Shown: positions 11,289 to 21,739, numbered from the stretch's first letter. The stretch: 64,000 nucleotides of DNA from Candidatus Poribacteria bacterium (GCA_963665235.2 CAXXLX010000002.1:224001-288000), one strand, 5' to 3'. The notes: generated by a model not told the origin, from the letters alone. A program made the numbers and translations.

Positions 11289-11358
11289 GAACGGGCAATG
11301 AATTACCCCTACTACAAACCGCTCAAGAACGGGTAATGAATTACCCTACTACAAACCG
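11289..11358. repeat. Two tandem GTAG-type REP hairpins
   Basis: gaacggg(c/t)aatgaattacc..ctactacaaaccg occurs twice. The minus strand reads GTAGTAG followed by an imperfect palindrome. Confidence 0.65.
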
Positions 11359-11359
11359 A

Positions 11360-13078
11360 TTAAGAATGGGCAATCGTCTCCTTTAATTTCTGTAGCGGAT
11401 ATGTGTTGATGACATCCGCTTTTGTTAGCCATCCACGGCGCGCGACATTTATGCCGAATTGGCGGTTTTCAAATCGGATGGCGGCATGTGCATCTGTGTT
11501 GACTGCGAATAGGACACCGGCAGTTTTTGCTTTTCGCACATATTCGGGCCCTAAATCCAATCGGGTAGGTGAACTGTTAATCTCTAATGCTGTGCGGTTC
11601 GCTGCTGCGGCATTAATAATTTCATCAAAATTAACTGGGTACATTGCACGTTTGCCGAGTAAACGTCCTGTCGGGTGTCCGATGATTTTGACAAACCGAT
11701 TCTCAATTGCCCGAACAATGCGACGGGTCATCTCTGTCTCTGATAGCGAGAAATGACTGTGGACACTTGCAACAACGATATCAAGCTGTGCGAGAATTTC
11801 ATCAGGGAAATCGAGAGTGCCATCCTTACGGATATCCACTTCAGAGCCGGTGAGCACTGTGATACCGTCGGTTACAACGTCTAATTCGCGTATCTGTGCT
11901 ATCTGTGATAACAACCGATTTTGGTCTAAACCGTTGGCGACAGTGGAGGAAACGGAATGGTCGGTGATGGCGATGTATTCCAATCCGTGCGTTTTGGCTG
12001 CTGCAACCATCTCGGCGAGGGTATTCGCGCCATCGCTGTGGTTGGTGTGCACGTGTAGGTCACCTTTTAAATCGGCGGTTTGGATAAGCGTTGGCAGCTT
12101 GTCTTGTAGGGCAGCGATGATAGCGTCGCCATCCTGGCGGAGTTCAGGTTCAATATAGAGTCCTTGCACCCCGATTTTTTCATAGATGGCGGTTTCAGTT
12201 GGTGTGTCAATGTCGTAACGTGAATCAGGGCTCTGTTTTTCAAATTCGGATAGATGTGCCTCAGTTGCGGTTGTGATAAAGCAGGTCGGGATGTATCCGG
12301 CGGTATCAGCTATGTAGATATCTACAGGAAAATCGCCATCAACACGGCACTGAATTGTAGGTTGCGGGTGTTGCAGCGGTGTTTCAGTGGGCTGTTCGTG
12401 TGCGTCAATGCCGTGTTTTGATAGGTGTTCGATGAGGGTACGTTGCGTTGTGTGTATATCTTCGGCGCATTCAACAACGACTGATAGACTACGATAGACC
12501 TCTTCCCGTCGGCGTAAATCCCCTGTGAATTGGTGTTGTTTAACAGCACCACAGTTTTTGAAAATTTCGGAGAGGTTTTCTGCAAGGTTTAAGGTTTTAT
12601 GAATGAGTCGCGTGCCGCGGTAGGTGTTAAGAAATCGGAGGCTTTCAGTAATATTTGCGATAGTCTTTTTGCCCAATCCCTTCATGTGCTGGAGTTTTCC
12701 ATCTCCAAGGGCTTCGTTGAGGTGCGTAAGACTTTTAATGCCAAGTTCAGAATAGAGTCGACTTGCGGTTTTGCTGCCGACTCCTCGGAGTTCTAGGAGG
12801 TCCAGGACCTCTGTTCCCATTTCAGCGACGAGCCCATCGTAAAATTTGCAGCTGCCCGTTTCCAGTATTTCTTCAGTTTTCTCTAATAGGGTTTTGCCAA
12901 TTCCGGGCAGGTCTTGGAGGGTACCCGCTGCTACAAGTTGCTGAATGTCAACGGTTAACGTGTCGATTGTATCGGCAGCTTTGTCGTAGCTCCGTGAACG
13001 GAATGTAGCGTCTCCACGGATTTGTAGGAGTTTGCTGATGTTCCTAAAGATGGCACTAATTTCACTGTTTTGAATCAT
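11360..13078 (-). CDS. polX: PolX family protein with PHP domain; polymerase active site degenerate
   Basis: N-terminal HhH motifs (LPGIGK, GVGSKTA). PHP motifs DLHVHT..SDG, TDHS, GSEVDI, HPTGR and TDAH are intact. Confidence 0.9.
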   Translation of the reverse strand: MIQNSEISAIFRNISKLLQIRGDATFRSRSYDKAADTIDTLTVDIQQLVAAGTLQDLPGIGKTLLEKTEEILETGSCKFYDGLVAEMGTEVLDLLELRGVGSKTASRLYSELGIKSLTHLNEALGDGKLQHMKGLGKKTIANITESLRFLNTYRGTRLIHKTLNLAENLSEIFKNCGAVKQHQFTGDLRRREEVYRSLSVVVECAEDIHTTQRTLIEHLSKHGIDAHEQPTETPLQHPQPTIQCRVDGDFPVDIYIADTAGYIPTCFITTATEAHLSEFEKQSPDSRYDIDTPTETAIYEKIGVQGLYIEPELRQDGDAIIAALQDKLPTLIQTADLKGDLHVHTNHSDGANTLAEMVAAAKTHGLEYIAITDHSVSSTVANGLDQNRLLSQIAQIRELDVVTDGITVLTGSEVDIRKDGTLDFPDEILAQLDIVVASVHSHFSLSETEMTRRIVRAIENRFVKIIGHPTGRLLGKRAMYPVNFDEIINAAAANRTALEINSSPTRLDLGPEYVRKAKTAGVLFAVNTDAHAAIRFENRQFGINVARRGWLTKADVINTYPLQKLKETIAHS

Positions 13079-13922
13079 AGTTTCTGGTGATAAAATCTGA
13101 AAGGAGGCTTGCCAAAAATCCGATGAAGCTCCCGCTGATGACGATTAAGATGAGTTGATAAACTGGTAAGAAGTCCATTGCACCTATTTGGTCATTGAAG
13201 ATATAGAAGAGTATATAGAAACAACCTATTCCGATAAGGGTTCCGATGCAGCCAAGGAAAACGCCTTGGATAAGAAAAGGGGTGCTGATATATCCGCGTT
13301 CTGCCCCGATGAGGTGCATGAGTTGAATTTCTTCCCGCTGGGTTCGGACAGTTCTTAGCACTACGACATAAATGGTAAAAAAGAGTAGGAGTATTGCGAT
13401 GGTACCGCTGGCAATTGTTATGCGGTTTGTCTGTCGCATGAGTGCGGTGAGTTTACCGTGTTCTGTTAAGCTAACATCTTCGATTTGGTTGTAAGCTTCA
13501 AGGTTAATGGCGATTTCCTCTAAGGTTTTGAGTTCATCTGAGTCAACATAAATTTCTAGGGATGCTGGGAACGGATTGCCGCGTGAGAATTCATCTTGAA
13601 TCAAGCGGCTCAGCTCCCCGAATTGTGTTTGCGCGCGGGTAAAGCTTTCTGCCTTGGAGACATAATCAACGGTAAGGATTCGGTTTTCTTTCTGGATCTG
13701 GTTAGCAAAAACAACCCCCTTTGATTCCGTGACTGTGTCGCTAAGAAAAGCGACGAGCGGTGGTACAGTGTGATGGAATTCAAGCTCCTGATAGACGAAG
13801 CTGTGGTTTAGCAGGAACGCGTTGAATATGACAGTAAAAAAGGCAACCCCTACCAGACTTAACAGATTGATGGAGCTGGCGTTGTGTATGTGGTGGAGTG
13901 CGTTTTGAAGTTGATAGCGCAT
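13062..13922 (-). CDS. ftsX: FtsX-like cell division permease
   Basis: YVSKAES, NPFPASLEI, REEIQLMHLIGA..YISTPFLIQG, four TM segments; near ftsE. Confidence 0.85.
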   Translation of the reverse strand: MRYQLQNALHHIHNASSINLLSLVGVAFFTVIFNAFLLNHSFVYQELEFHHTVPPLVAFLSDTVTESKGVVFANQIQKENRILTVDYVSKAESFTRAQTQFGELSRLIQDEFSRGNPFPASLEIYVDSDELKTLEEIAINLEAYNQIEDVSLTEHGKLTALMRQTNRITIASGTIAILLLFFTIYVVVLRTVRTQREEIQLMHLIGAERGYISTPFLIQGVFLGCIGTLIGIGCFYILFYIFNDQIGAMDFLPVYQLILIVISGSFIGFLASLLSDFITRNYDSKQ

Positions 13923-13978
13923 CGTTTTTGCCTTCTTAATTGTCGTTTAAGTAGTGCGTTTATAGGTGCAGCAGGTAT

Positions 13979-15414
13979 TTGACATACTCACCCTGCTAAA
14001 GCATGGGTGATTCTTAGCTCTTATACTGGAAACAAACTGAGTTGTTCCCAAGTGGCTTTTCCTGCTTCCGTCTCTCGTGCCCCCCTCTCATGAGTCTCAT
14101 GAGAGTTAGAGGGTCTTATTTGGACTCCACAGGCGTTTTGGCTCTCGGCATGCCCTGCCGCGAGGTTTTTTAAGTTTATAGCAGCGTTCAGGTCTCTATC
14201 TAGTGACACCCCACATTCGCTGCAAGGGTATGTTCTTTCTGACAGTGTTAAGTCTGCTTTCTTATGCCCACAACCGCTGCAAGTCTTGCTACTCGCAAAG
14301 AACTGGGAGGCTTCGGTTACAAGGATACCGCGCGCCTCGGCTTTCGTCTTTAGCAACGATAGAAAACCGCCTAACGCACTATCACTTAACGCTTTAGCAA
14401 GGGTTCTATTCTTTAGCAGGTTAGACACTTTTAGCGTCTCAATGACAATGCCTGACGCACGATTGACAATAGCCGTGCTGGCTTTCTGGTGCGCATCGCA
14501 GCGGATAGAGGCAACTTTATAGTGGATACGCTCAACGAGCCGCTTCTGCTTGAACCAGTTTTTAGACTGCGGCACTTGACGGCTCAACTTCCGTTGGGCA
14601 CGGGCTAACTTGCGCTCATACCGTTTCAAAGGCCTCGGGTTCTCATATTTTGTGCCATCACTGCACGTCGCTAACGTGTTGATACCGACATCTATACCGA
14701 TTATGGGGTGTGTTGATACATCAACAACTTCGGTGTTCTCCACTTCAACGGTGATAGAGACGAACCAACGATGCGCCGTGCGACTTATGGTCACTTTTAT
14801 GATTTTGCCTGCCAAACGTAACGCTTGATGCATTCGCACCCAACCAATCTTGGGTAACTTGATATATTTGCCCCGAACTTCAACGAATTGATTGTTTGTT
14901 GTGAAACTCTCTTTTTGGCCGCGCCGCTTAAACCTCGGAAACTTGGCTTGTTGGTCCACCCAGTTCTTGATGGCAGCAGCCAAGTTAACAAAAATGCTTT
15001 TGTTCGCAACAACCTGATCCATGCCGGAGGTCCACTCATACCCTTTTTTCCTTTGATTAAATCGCTCATTCAACGTGGCGGCAGACAGGAAGTTATCCAC
15101 ATCTAAGCCTGCCTTGAAGTCTGCTAAGGCAGAATTATAGGCAAAACGGGAATAGCCGCTTTGTTGGGCAAACCAACTACGTTGCACATTGTTCGGCGCT
15201 AATGCGATTTTGTGTGTTTTGTATGGCATATTCTGACTCCTGAAAGGTTGCTGACTCCCGCGTTAAGGGGGTGATGGAGTTAACGCCTCCATCACTGAGT
15301 CAGTTCTAATAGTATACCACATTATCGGTAAAAGGTAAATATGTTCCTTTTCAACTCATGCGCCGCTACTACATCCCCCAGCTAAAGCACGGGGCTTTTG
15401 TAGCGGAAGAATAG
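13979..15414 (-). mobile_element. IS200/IS605-family (IS1341-like, TnpB-only) element between ftsE and ftsX
   Basis: Related subterminal hairpins with a GCTAAAGCA core at 13988-14010 and 15363-15406. The minus-strand right end reads ...GTATGTCAA at 13979. No tnpA. Boundaries are approximate. Confidence 0.8.
14021..15229 (-). CDS. tnpB: TnpB RNA-guided endonuclease
   Basis: N-terminal HTH, RuvC-I IGIDVG, RuvC-II VIETL, zinc finger CSGC..CSEC, RuvC-III DRDLNAAINL. Confidence 0.95.
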   Translation of the reverse strand: MPYKTHKIALAPNNVQRSWFAQQSGYSRFAYNSALADFKAGLDVDNFLSAATLNERFNQRKKGYEWTSGMDQVVANKSIFVNLAAAIKNWVDQQAKFPRFKRRGQKESFTTNNQFVEVRGKYIKLPKIGWVRMHQALRLAGKIIKVTISRTAHRWFVSITVEVENTEVVDVSTHPIIGIDVGINTLATCSDGTKYENPRPLKRYERKLARAQRKLSRQVPQSKNWFKQKRLVERIHYKVASIRCDAHQKASTAIVNRASGIVIETLKVSNLLKNRTLAKALSDSALGGFLSLLKTKAEARGILVTEASQFFASSKTCSGCGHKKADLTLSERTYPCSECGVSLDRDLNAAINLKNLAAGHAESQNACGVQIRPSNSHETHERGARETEAGKATWEQLSLFPV

Positions 15415-15430
15415 ATAAACGGTGGGCTCC

Positions 15431-16102
15431 TTAGTAAATATGTCCATCCTTGAGGTGAATAATTCGCTTCGGCGTGCTATTTCTGTAGCGTGCATACTTT
15501 TGGGGCAGCTCTGGGTCTGCGGTTGCGATTAAGACGGTGAGATGTACTTGTGTATTGAGCGCGTCAAAGAGTGCCAGCATCTCAAGAGCTAATTTCGGGT
15601 CTAGGGTATCTGTTGGCTGGTCGGCTAGGAGCAGCAGGGGTTTGTTGATAAGTGCTCGTGCAATAGCGAGTCGGTGTTTTTCATTTTCAGATATGTGTGT
15701 AGGGTGCGCGTCGCGACGGTGTGTTAGTCCCATCTGGTAGAGCAGCTTGCTGACGTTCTCACGGGCAACGGCTGGGTGTGCGCCGATGATTTTTTGCGGC
15801 AGTTCCAGATTTTTCTCAACCGTTTTGGTGTTGAGCAGCTTGCAATCTTGAAAAACTATTCCAATTTTCTGTCGAAAATTGGGTAACGTTGCAGGGGTGA
15901 GTTCGGAGAGTGCCTGTCCAAGCACGTTGAGGTGTCCTGTAACAGGCACTAATTCGCGGTACAACAGCTTAAGCAGGGTTGTTTTCCCTGCCCCACTCTC
16001 GCCTACTATGAAGGCAAATTCTCCGCGTTCTATACGAAAGCTAGCTCGCTCTAAGACACTGAGATTTTCATAACTGAAGTTAACTTGATGGCATTGAATC
16101 AT
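15431..16102 (-). CDS. ftsE: FtsE-like ABC ATP-binding protein with degenerate catalytic motifs
   Basis: Walker A GESGAGKTT and FtsE-typical RQKIGIVFQD..LL..KTV..N; ftsX downstream. Confidence 0.8.
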   Translation of the reverse strand: MIQCHQVNFSYENLSVLERASFRIERGEFAFIVGESGAGKTTLLKLLYRELVPVTGHLNVLGQALSELTPATLPNFRQKIGIVFQDCKLLNTKTVEKNLELPQKIIGAHPAVARENVSKLLYQMGLTHRRDAHPTHISENEKHRLAIARALINKPLLLLADQPTDTLDPKLALEMLALFDALNTQVHLTVLIATADPELPQKYARYRNSTPKRIIHLKDGHIY

Positions 16103-16222
16103 TTGATGCGTGGTCTCCGCCCGCCTGCTCCCGGTGTTGGCAGGCGTTTCGTTATAATGTAGTACAGTTCGGTCGGGGAAACCCCGCCCCTACAACTGAT
16201 TTCGGTCGGGGAAACCCCCCCC

Positions 16223-18523
16223 TTACGATTGATTGTCCTCTGTCAGCGGTGTGGTATAGTCACACGTTTTTGAAGCGCATGCCCGTAGGATTTCTCCTGT
16301 TTTTTTCGTTTTCTCAACGATGAAAGGTGCCTTACATTTTGGGCACGGTTCCGCAATAGGCTTATCCCAGCTTGCGAATTTGCATGTGGGGTAGTTGCTA
16401 CATCCGTAAAAGATTTTTCCGCTTCTGCTGCGGCGTTCGCCGAGGTATCCGTCACATTCCTGTTCTGGGCAGTCAACGCCCATCGGAATAGGTTTTGCGT
16501 TTTTACACTTTGGGTATCCGCTGCATGATAGGAATCGTGCGCCGGCTCGGCTGTGTTTGATGACCATCGGTTTGCCACACTTATCGCAGGCGGTATCTGT
16601 CTGTTCTGGTGGCGCGATTGGGGTATCATCGGCGTTCAGATTTTTGATATTTCGGCATTCTGGATAATTTGCGCATCCAATAAAGCGTCCATATTTTCCC
16701 CATTTGATAAGCATTTTCCCGCCGCACTTGTCGCAGGTTTCATCGGCTTCTACTTCCATCGCCTTTCGGGCTTCATACATTTTATCCGGTGCTGCTTCCA
16801 AAGCAGCTTGAAAAGGCGGATAGAACTCCCTGAGTGTGTCAATCCATCCAACTTTTCCTTCGGCGATAGTATCTAATTTCTGTTCCATCTCCTTGGTAAA
16901 TTCAACATCGACAATATCGGGAAATCCTGCTATTAGGAGTGCGTTGACGAGCTGTCCGACATCTGTGGGTAGGAGGCGCGCCTGCTCTTTTGTCACATAC
17001 CCCCGGTCCTGAATCGTGGAGAGAATAGTAGCATAAGTGCTCGGTCTGCCAATCTCCTCCGCTTCTAATGCTTTAATAAGTGTTGCCTCGTTATAGCGAG
17101 GGGGTGGTTGCGTCCAGTGTTGTTTCGGCATCAACTTTTGCAACGTGAGCTCCTCTCCCTCCTTTACTATTGGCAGCGTGACGTTTTCTGAGGGTGTGTT
17201 ATCCTGAGCGTTAGTGGCATCATCTACCCCCTCCATATAGATACGTCTGAAGCCATCAAACTTGATGACGGAGCCGGTTGCGCGGAAGAGATAGGTGCCG
17301 GCTTTGATGTCAATCGTTGTTGCGTCAAAGATAGCCGGTTTCATTTGACTGGCGATGAACCGTTTCCAAATTAAGTCATAGAGGCGATATTGCTGCGCAT
17401 CGAGGTAAGGTTTCAAGGATTCAGGTGTTCTTAGGGGTACCGTCGGGCGAATAGCTTCATGTGCGTCTTGTGCTCCCTGTTTGCGTCTATACTGTACAGC
17501 GCGGGTTGGGAGATATGCTTCTCCGTAGGTGTCGCCGATGTATTCTCTAACGGCACTAAGAGCTTCTGCTGCTACGCGCGTAGAATCGGTACGCATGTAG
17601 GTAATGAGTCCAAGCGTTCCCTCTTCTCCAATTTCTAGACCTTCATAAAGTTGTTGGGCAATGCTCATCGTTCTTTTTGCAGTAAATCGGAGTTTTCGAG
17701 AGGCTTCTTGTTGTAGTGTGCTCGTGATAAAAGGTGCGACCGGATGCTGTTTTCGTTCCCGTTTTTGTACCTTCTCAACGGTATATGTTTGTGTCTTTGC
17801 GTCTTCGGCTAATTCGTTGGCGCGGGCTTCATCGATGCGAAAGCCGTAGTTGTTAATTTCGCCTTTCTTGCTTCCAATTTTATGTAATTTTGCAAGGAAG
17901 GGATGCTCCTTCGGTTTCGGTGTTAGTGTAGCGGTGAGTGTCCAATATTCCTCTGGTTTAAACGCCTCAATTTCCGCTTCCCGTTCACAGATAAGCCGTA
18001 CTGCGACCGATTGCACCCTACCGGCACTGAGCCCCGGTTTCACGTTGCGCCACAAAATAGGGCTAATCTTGTATCCGACGAGTCTATCTAAAACGCGCCG
18101 TGCTTGTTGTGCATCCACAAGTGCCTGGTCAATCTGCTCCGGTTTTTGAACGGCCTCCAGGATGGCACTTTTAGTGACCTCGTTGTAGATGATACGATAG
18201 ATGGGTTTTTTCGCTTTCTTCAATTCAGCAGCGAGGTGCCAACAGATAGCTTCGCCTTCTCTATCTGGGTCTGCGGCGAGATAGATGTTGTCGACCTTCT
18301 TGGCTTTCTCCTGAAGGGCTTTCACAACTGCCCCTTTTCCGCGAATTAACACATATTTCGGGGTGAATCCGTTTTCTACATCAACGCCCAATTCCTTTTT
18401 CGGAAGGTCGCGGATATGACCAACAGAGGAGTCGACAATGTAGCCGCTCCCCAGAATTTTTTTGATAGTTTTCGCTTTTGCAGGCGATTCAACAACAACC
18501 AACGATTTAGATTTTCGACTCAT
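16223..18523 (-). CDS. topA: DNA topoisomerase I
   Basis: VVESPAKAK, DPDREGE, SAGRVQS, ITYMRTD, GRPSTYA and C-terminal zinc ribbons. Confidence 0.97.
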   Translation of the reverse strand: MSRKSKSLVVVESPAKAKTIKKILGSGYIVDSSVGHIRDLPKKELGVDVENGFTPKYVLIRGKGAVVKALQEKAKKVDNIYLAADPDREGEAICWHLAAELKKAKKPIYRIIYNEVTKSAILEAVQKPEQIDQALVDAQQARRVLDRLVGYKISPILWRNVKPGLSAGRVQSVAVRLICEREAEIEAFKPEEYWTLTATLTPKPKEHPFLAKLHKIGSKKGEINNYGFRIDEARANELAEDAKTQTYTVEKVQKRERKQHPVAPFITSTLQQEASRKLRFTAKRTMSIAQQLYEGLEIGEEGTLGLITYMRTDSTRVAAEALSAVREYIGDTYGEAYLPTRAVQYRRKQGAQDAHEAIRPTVPLRTPESLKPYLDAQQYRLYDLIWKRFIASQMKPAIFDATTIDIKAGTYLFRATGSVIKFDGFRRIYMEGVDDATNAQDNTPSENVTLPIVKEGEELTLQKLMPKQHWTQPPPRYNEATLIKALEAEEIGRPSTYATILSTIQDRGYVTKEQARLLPTDVGQLVNALLIAGFPDIVDVEFTKEMEQKLDTIAEGKVGWIDTLREFYPPFQAALEAAPDKMYEARKAMEVEADETCDKCGGKMLIKWGKYGRFIGCANYPECRNIKNLNADDTPIAPPEQTDTACDKCGKPMVIKHSRAGARFLSCSGYPKCKNAKPIPMGVDCPEQECDGYLGERRSRSGKIFYGCSNYPTCKFASWDKPIAEPCPKCKAPFIVEKTKKTGEILRACASKTCDYTTPLTEDNQS

Positions 18524-18799
18524 GGGGCCTCCACTCGCCTGCCGCCGTTGTTAGCAGGCGGTTCGTGATTTTTTTCTGATTCATGGGGCCTCTGCTCCCT
18601 TGCTGCCGTTGTTAGTAGGTGGGGCGTGATAAAGTTAGAAACCCGCCAAGTCCCACACGCGCTTATGGCGTTGAGCTGGCTATCAACAACGGCGATAACG
18701 GTCCAGAGGTCCATGATTCAAACGTTGTGTACTATAAATTAACGTCTAAAATGAAATAAGGTGACAGAATTCAGTATATAGCGTTTGCGAATTACTCGT

Positions 18800-19573
18800 C
18801 TATTGCGCAAACGCGAGGAGCTCGGTGAGCAATTGCCGCATGTCCGCGCGGTGAACGATATTGTCAATAAACCCGTGTGATAGTAAAGATTCAGCTTTCT
18901 GAAAATTTTCGGGCAGCTCTTCTTGTAGACTGGCAACAGCTAAGGGCCCAGCAAAACCGACACGTGCGCCGGGCTCAGCTATAATCACGTCGCCAAGGGA
19001 GGTATAGCTTGCGGTTGCACCTCCGAACGTTGGGTCTGTAATAACAGAGATGTAGAACCCGCCTTTTTGGGCGTATTCGGTACAAGCGGATGCTGTTTTT
19101 GCCATCTGCATCAACGCCAATGTTCCCTCCTGCATCCGCATGCCGCCACTGACAGATACAATAATGAGAGGTAATTGATTTTGTCCGGCGTGTTCTATAC
19201 ATCGGGTGACTTTTTCGCCGATGACTGCCCCGCAGGTCCCCCCGATAAATCCGACATCCCCGATTGCAATAGCAACCGGATAGCCGCCGATTGTAGCAGT
19301 ACCGGAGAGCATCTCACTGCGGAGCCCGGTCTTATTAATGTCGCGTGTGAGTTTCTCCGGATAGTCCGGAAATTCTAAAGCATCAATAGAGTAGAGATGT
19401 GCATCGGCTTCTTGGAAACTCCCTGTATCGACTATAAGGTCGAGTCGCTCGTTTGCGCTCATATAGTGATGTGCATCGCAGTGTGGGCAAACCTTGAGAT
19501 TCTCCATGAATGCCGCGATGTTGATATCTGTGTTGCAATTTCTGCAGGTAATAGTATCTGAAGTCTTGTCCAT
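18800..19573 (-). CDS. accD: Acetyl-CoA carboxylase carboxyltransferase beta subunit
   Basis: C4 zinc finger, SGGMRMQEG, DPTFGG, GFAG and ENFQKAE motifs. Confidence 0.9.
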   Translation of the reverse strand: MDKTSDTITCRNCNTDINIAAFMENLKVCPHCDAHHYMSANERLDLIVDTGSFQEADAHLYSIDALEFPDYPEKLTRDINKTGLRSEMLSGTATIGGYPVAIAIGDVGFIGGTCGAVIGEKVTRCIEHAGQNQLPLIIVSVSGGMRMQEGTLALMQMAKTASACTEYAQKGGFYISVITDPTFGGATASYTSLGDVIIAEPGARVGFAGPLAVASLQEELPENFQKAESLLSHGFIDNIVHRADMRQLLTELLAFAQ

Positions 19574-19647
19574 TTTATTCTCTACTTCCGTAGGCGCAAT
19601 CTGCCGATTGCGATTTTAAGTGTAGGTTTACAAAACACATGTTATAA

Positions 19648-19676
19648 ATAATAGCACGTTTATTTGGGAATGTCAA
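19648..19676 (-). promoter_or_regulatory. Sigma70-like promoter for accD
   Basis: Minus strand TTGACA-N17-TATTAT. Confidence 0.6.
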
Positions 19677-19696
19677 ATTTTTTGATTCACGCTGAT

Positions 19697-21739
19697 TCAA
19701 TTTTTCTCTAAGATAAGGTTTTTATACACATCAACGACAGCAGAGAACTGCGGAGGGACAACAGTTGTTGCGCTAAATTCTGTAACAATTGCTGGGCCTT
19801 CAATTCGATTGCCGGGGTGCAATGCTTCGCGCTGGTAGAAATTGGTTGGGAGTGCTTCTCGCTCAAAAATAACCGGATGTTGTGCCATTCGTGCTGCGGA
19901 AGGGTTTGCCTGGGTGAGGGGTTCAGCATGGAATGCCGGTTTTTCGGTTTCGCCGATGGCAGTGAGTCGGAGTGTCACAATTTCCACTGTTGCTGTGGGG
20001 CGCGCCGTGCTGAATCGCTGTTGGTGTGCTTCGTGAAATTTATTAACAAAATCCGTGTCAGTGGTGGGATAGGAGATAGTTAGTTCATAAGATTGTCCTT
20101 CATACCGCATATCAAGTGAGCGTTCAATTGTGAGGTGTGTGGGTGCAAACCCCTCTGTCTTCATGTCGTTTTCAGCACGAGCCAGCAGTGTATCAAAACC
20201 GGTTTGTAGTTGCCTACTTATATTGATACTGCTGTCTTCGGTTTTCCACAGTACTGTCTGTGAATAATCTTTGACGACATCTGCAAAGAGCATTCCATAG
20301 GCGGAGAGCAAACCGCCGTTTGGTGGAATAAGGACTGTCTGTATGCCGAGGTTCGCTGCAAGAAAAGCGGCGTGTAATCCGCCTGCCCCACCGAATGAGA
20401 CGAGCGTGAAATCGCGCGTATCAAAACCGCGTTGGACAGAGATAACTTTGATAGCTCGTTCCATTGTTGCGTTGGCAACCTTCAGAATTCCATCAGCGAC
20501 CTCAAGGGACGGCAGCCCTATGTGCGTAGCGAATTTTTCAATGTGCTGATGAGTTGCTTCGACAGCAAGTGACATAGCTCCGCCTAAAAACTGCGTTGGG
20601 GCGATACGTCCCAAAAAGAGGTTTGCATCGGTCACCGTAATCTGTTTGCCTTGGTTACCGTAGCAGATGGGGCCTGGGACGGCTCCTGCGCTTTCAGGGC
20701 CGACATGCAGTGCGCCGCCTGCGTCTACTGTTGCAATGGAGCCGCCTCCTGCGCCAACCGTGTGGATGTCAATCAAGGGGACCTTAATGGGTAATCCACT
20801 GATTGTGCTTTCGGTCGTCATTGAGATACCGTGATTACATAGACTTACATCTGTGGAGGTGCCCCCCATATCAAATGTAATGAGTTTTTCGTAACCAGCG
20901 GCTTTGGCGATGTGATACGCTCCGATGACTCCGCCTGCAGGTCCGGAAAGCACTGTGCGAATTCCCTCCGATTTAAAACTTCCTGCCGAAATACTCCCGC
21001 CGTTAGATAGCATCAAACGGAATCGCTTCGGAAACCGCTCCGATTCTGTAAGGGTTGAAAGGTGTCGTTCCAGGGTAGGGAGGATATAGGCGTTTGCAAC
21101 GGTGGTGCTAAAACGCGCATATTCACGGTATTCGGGCAGTATTTGGTGTGAACACGAAATCGGGACGTTGAGCGTAGCGAGGTGTTCGGCGGCAATCTGT
21201 TCGTTTTGCGGATTGACGTACGAGAAGAGGAAACAGATTGCGATAGCATCTAGTGCCAACGTCTTAAGTTGCTTTGCAAGGGTGTCAAGGTCATCAGAAT
21301 GAATAGCGGTTTGGATATGTCCTGTGTGCAATGTGCGTTCTCGGACACCGAACCGTCTTTCAGCGGGCACAAGGGGTGCGGGACGTTCAATAAAAATGTC
21401 GTAAAGACTTTGGCGCGTCTGCCTTCCGATTTCTAGAATGTCTTCAAAACCTGCTGTCGTGACGAGTGCAATACGTGCTCCCCTGCGTTCAAGCAGCGCA
21501 TTTGTGGCAACTGTGGAGCCGTGAACAATTTCTGTATCGTTGGAGGCATCACCGTTGTGCCTATTCAAAATGTCGCTGACCCCTTTTATGACTGCGTGTG
21601 CGGGATTGCTCGGTGTGGAAAGGACCTTGTGTGTAAAGAGGTTACCCTTTGCAAACATGACGATATCTGTGAAGGTGCCGCCGGTATCAACGCCTATCTT
21701 TTGTATAATGTTCTGTTTATGTATCATATTTAGGTGCAT
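19697..21739 (-). CDS. Hydantoinase A / 5-oxoprolinase family protein
   Basis: GVDTGGTFTD, HGSTVATNALLER, SGPAGG, DMGGTSTD and GAGGGSIA motifs. Confidence 0.92.
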   Translation of the reverse strand: MHLNMIHKQNIIQKIGVDTGGTFTDIVMFAKGNLFTHKVLSTPSNPAHAVIKGVSDILNRHNGDASNDTEIVHGSTVATNALLERRGARIALVTTAGFEDILEIGRQTRQSLYDIFIERPAPLVPAERRFGVRERTLHTGHIQTAIHSDDLDTLAKQLKTLALDAIAICFLFSYVNPQNEQIAAEHLATLNVPISCSHQILPEYREYARFSTTVANAYILPTLERHLSTLTESERFPKRFRLMLSNGGSISAGSFKSEGIRTVLSGPAGGVIGAYHIAKAAGYEKLITFDMGGTSTDVSLCNHGISMTTESTISGLPIKVPLIDIHTVGAGGGSIATVDAGGALHVGPESAGAVPGPICYGNQGKQITVTDANLFLGRIAPTQFLGGAMSLAVEATHQHIEKFATHIGLPSLEVADGILKVANATMERAIKVISVQRGFDTRDFTLVSFGGAGGLHAAFLAANLGIQTVLIPPNGGLLSAYGMLFADVVKDYSQTVLWKTEDSSINISRQLQTGFDTLLARAENDMKTEGFAPTHLTIERSLDMRYEGQSYELTISYPTTDTDFVNKFHEAHQQRFSTARPTATVEIVTLRLTAIGETEKPAFHAEPLTQANPSAARMAQHPVIFEREALPTNFYQREALHPGNRIEGPAIVTEFSATTVVPPQFSAVVDVYKNLILEKN

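Noticed and set aside
18520-18714. 64-aa ORF and ~45-bp imperfect direct repeat upstream of topA
   Set aside because: No recognisable motif. It is probably a local duplication of the topA start region.
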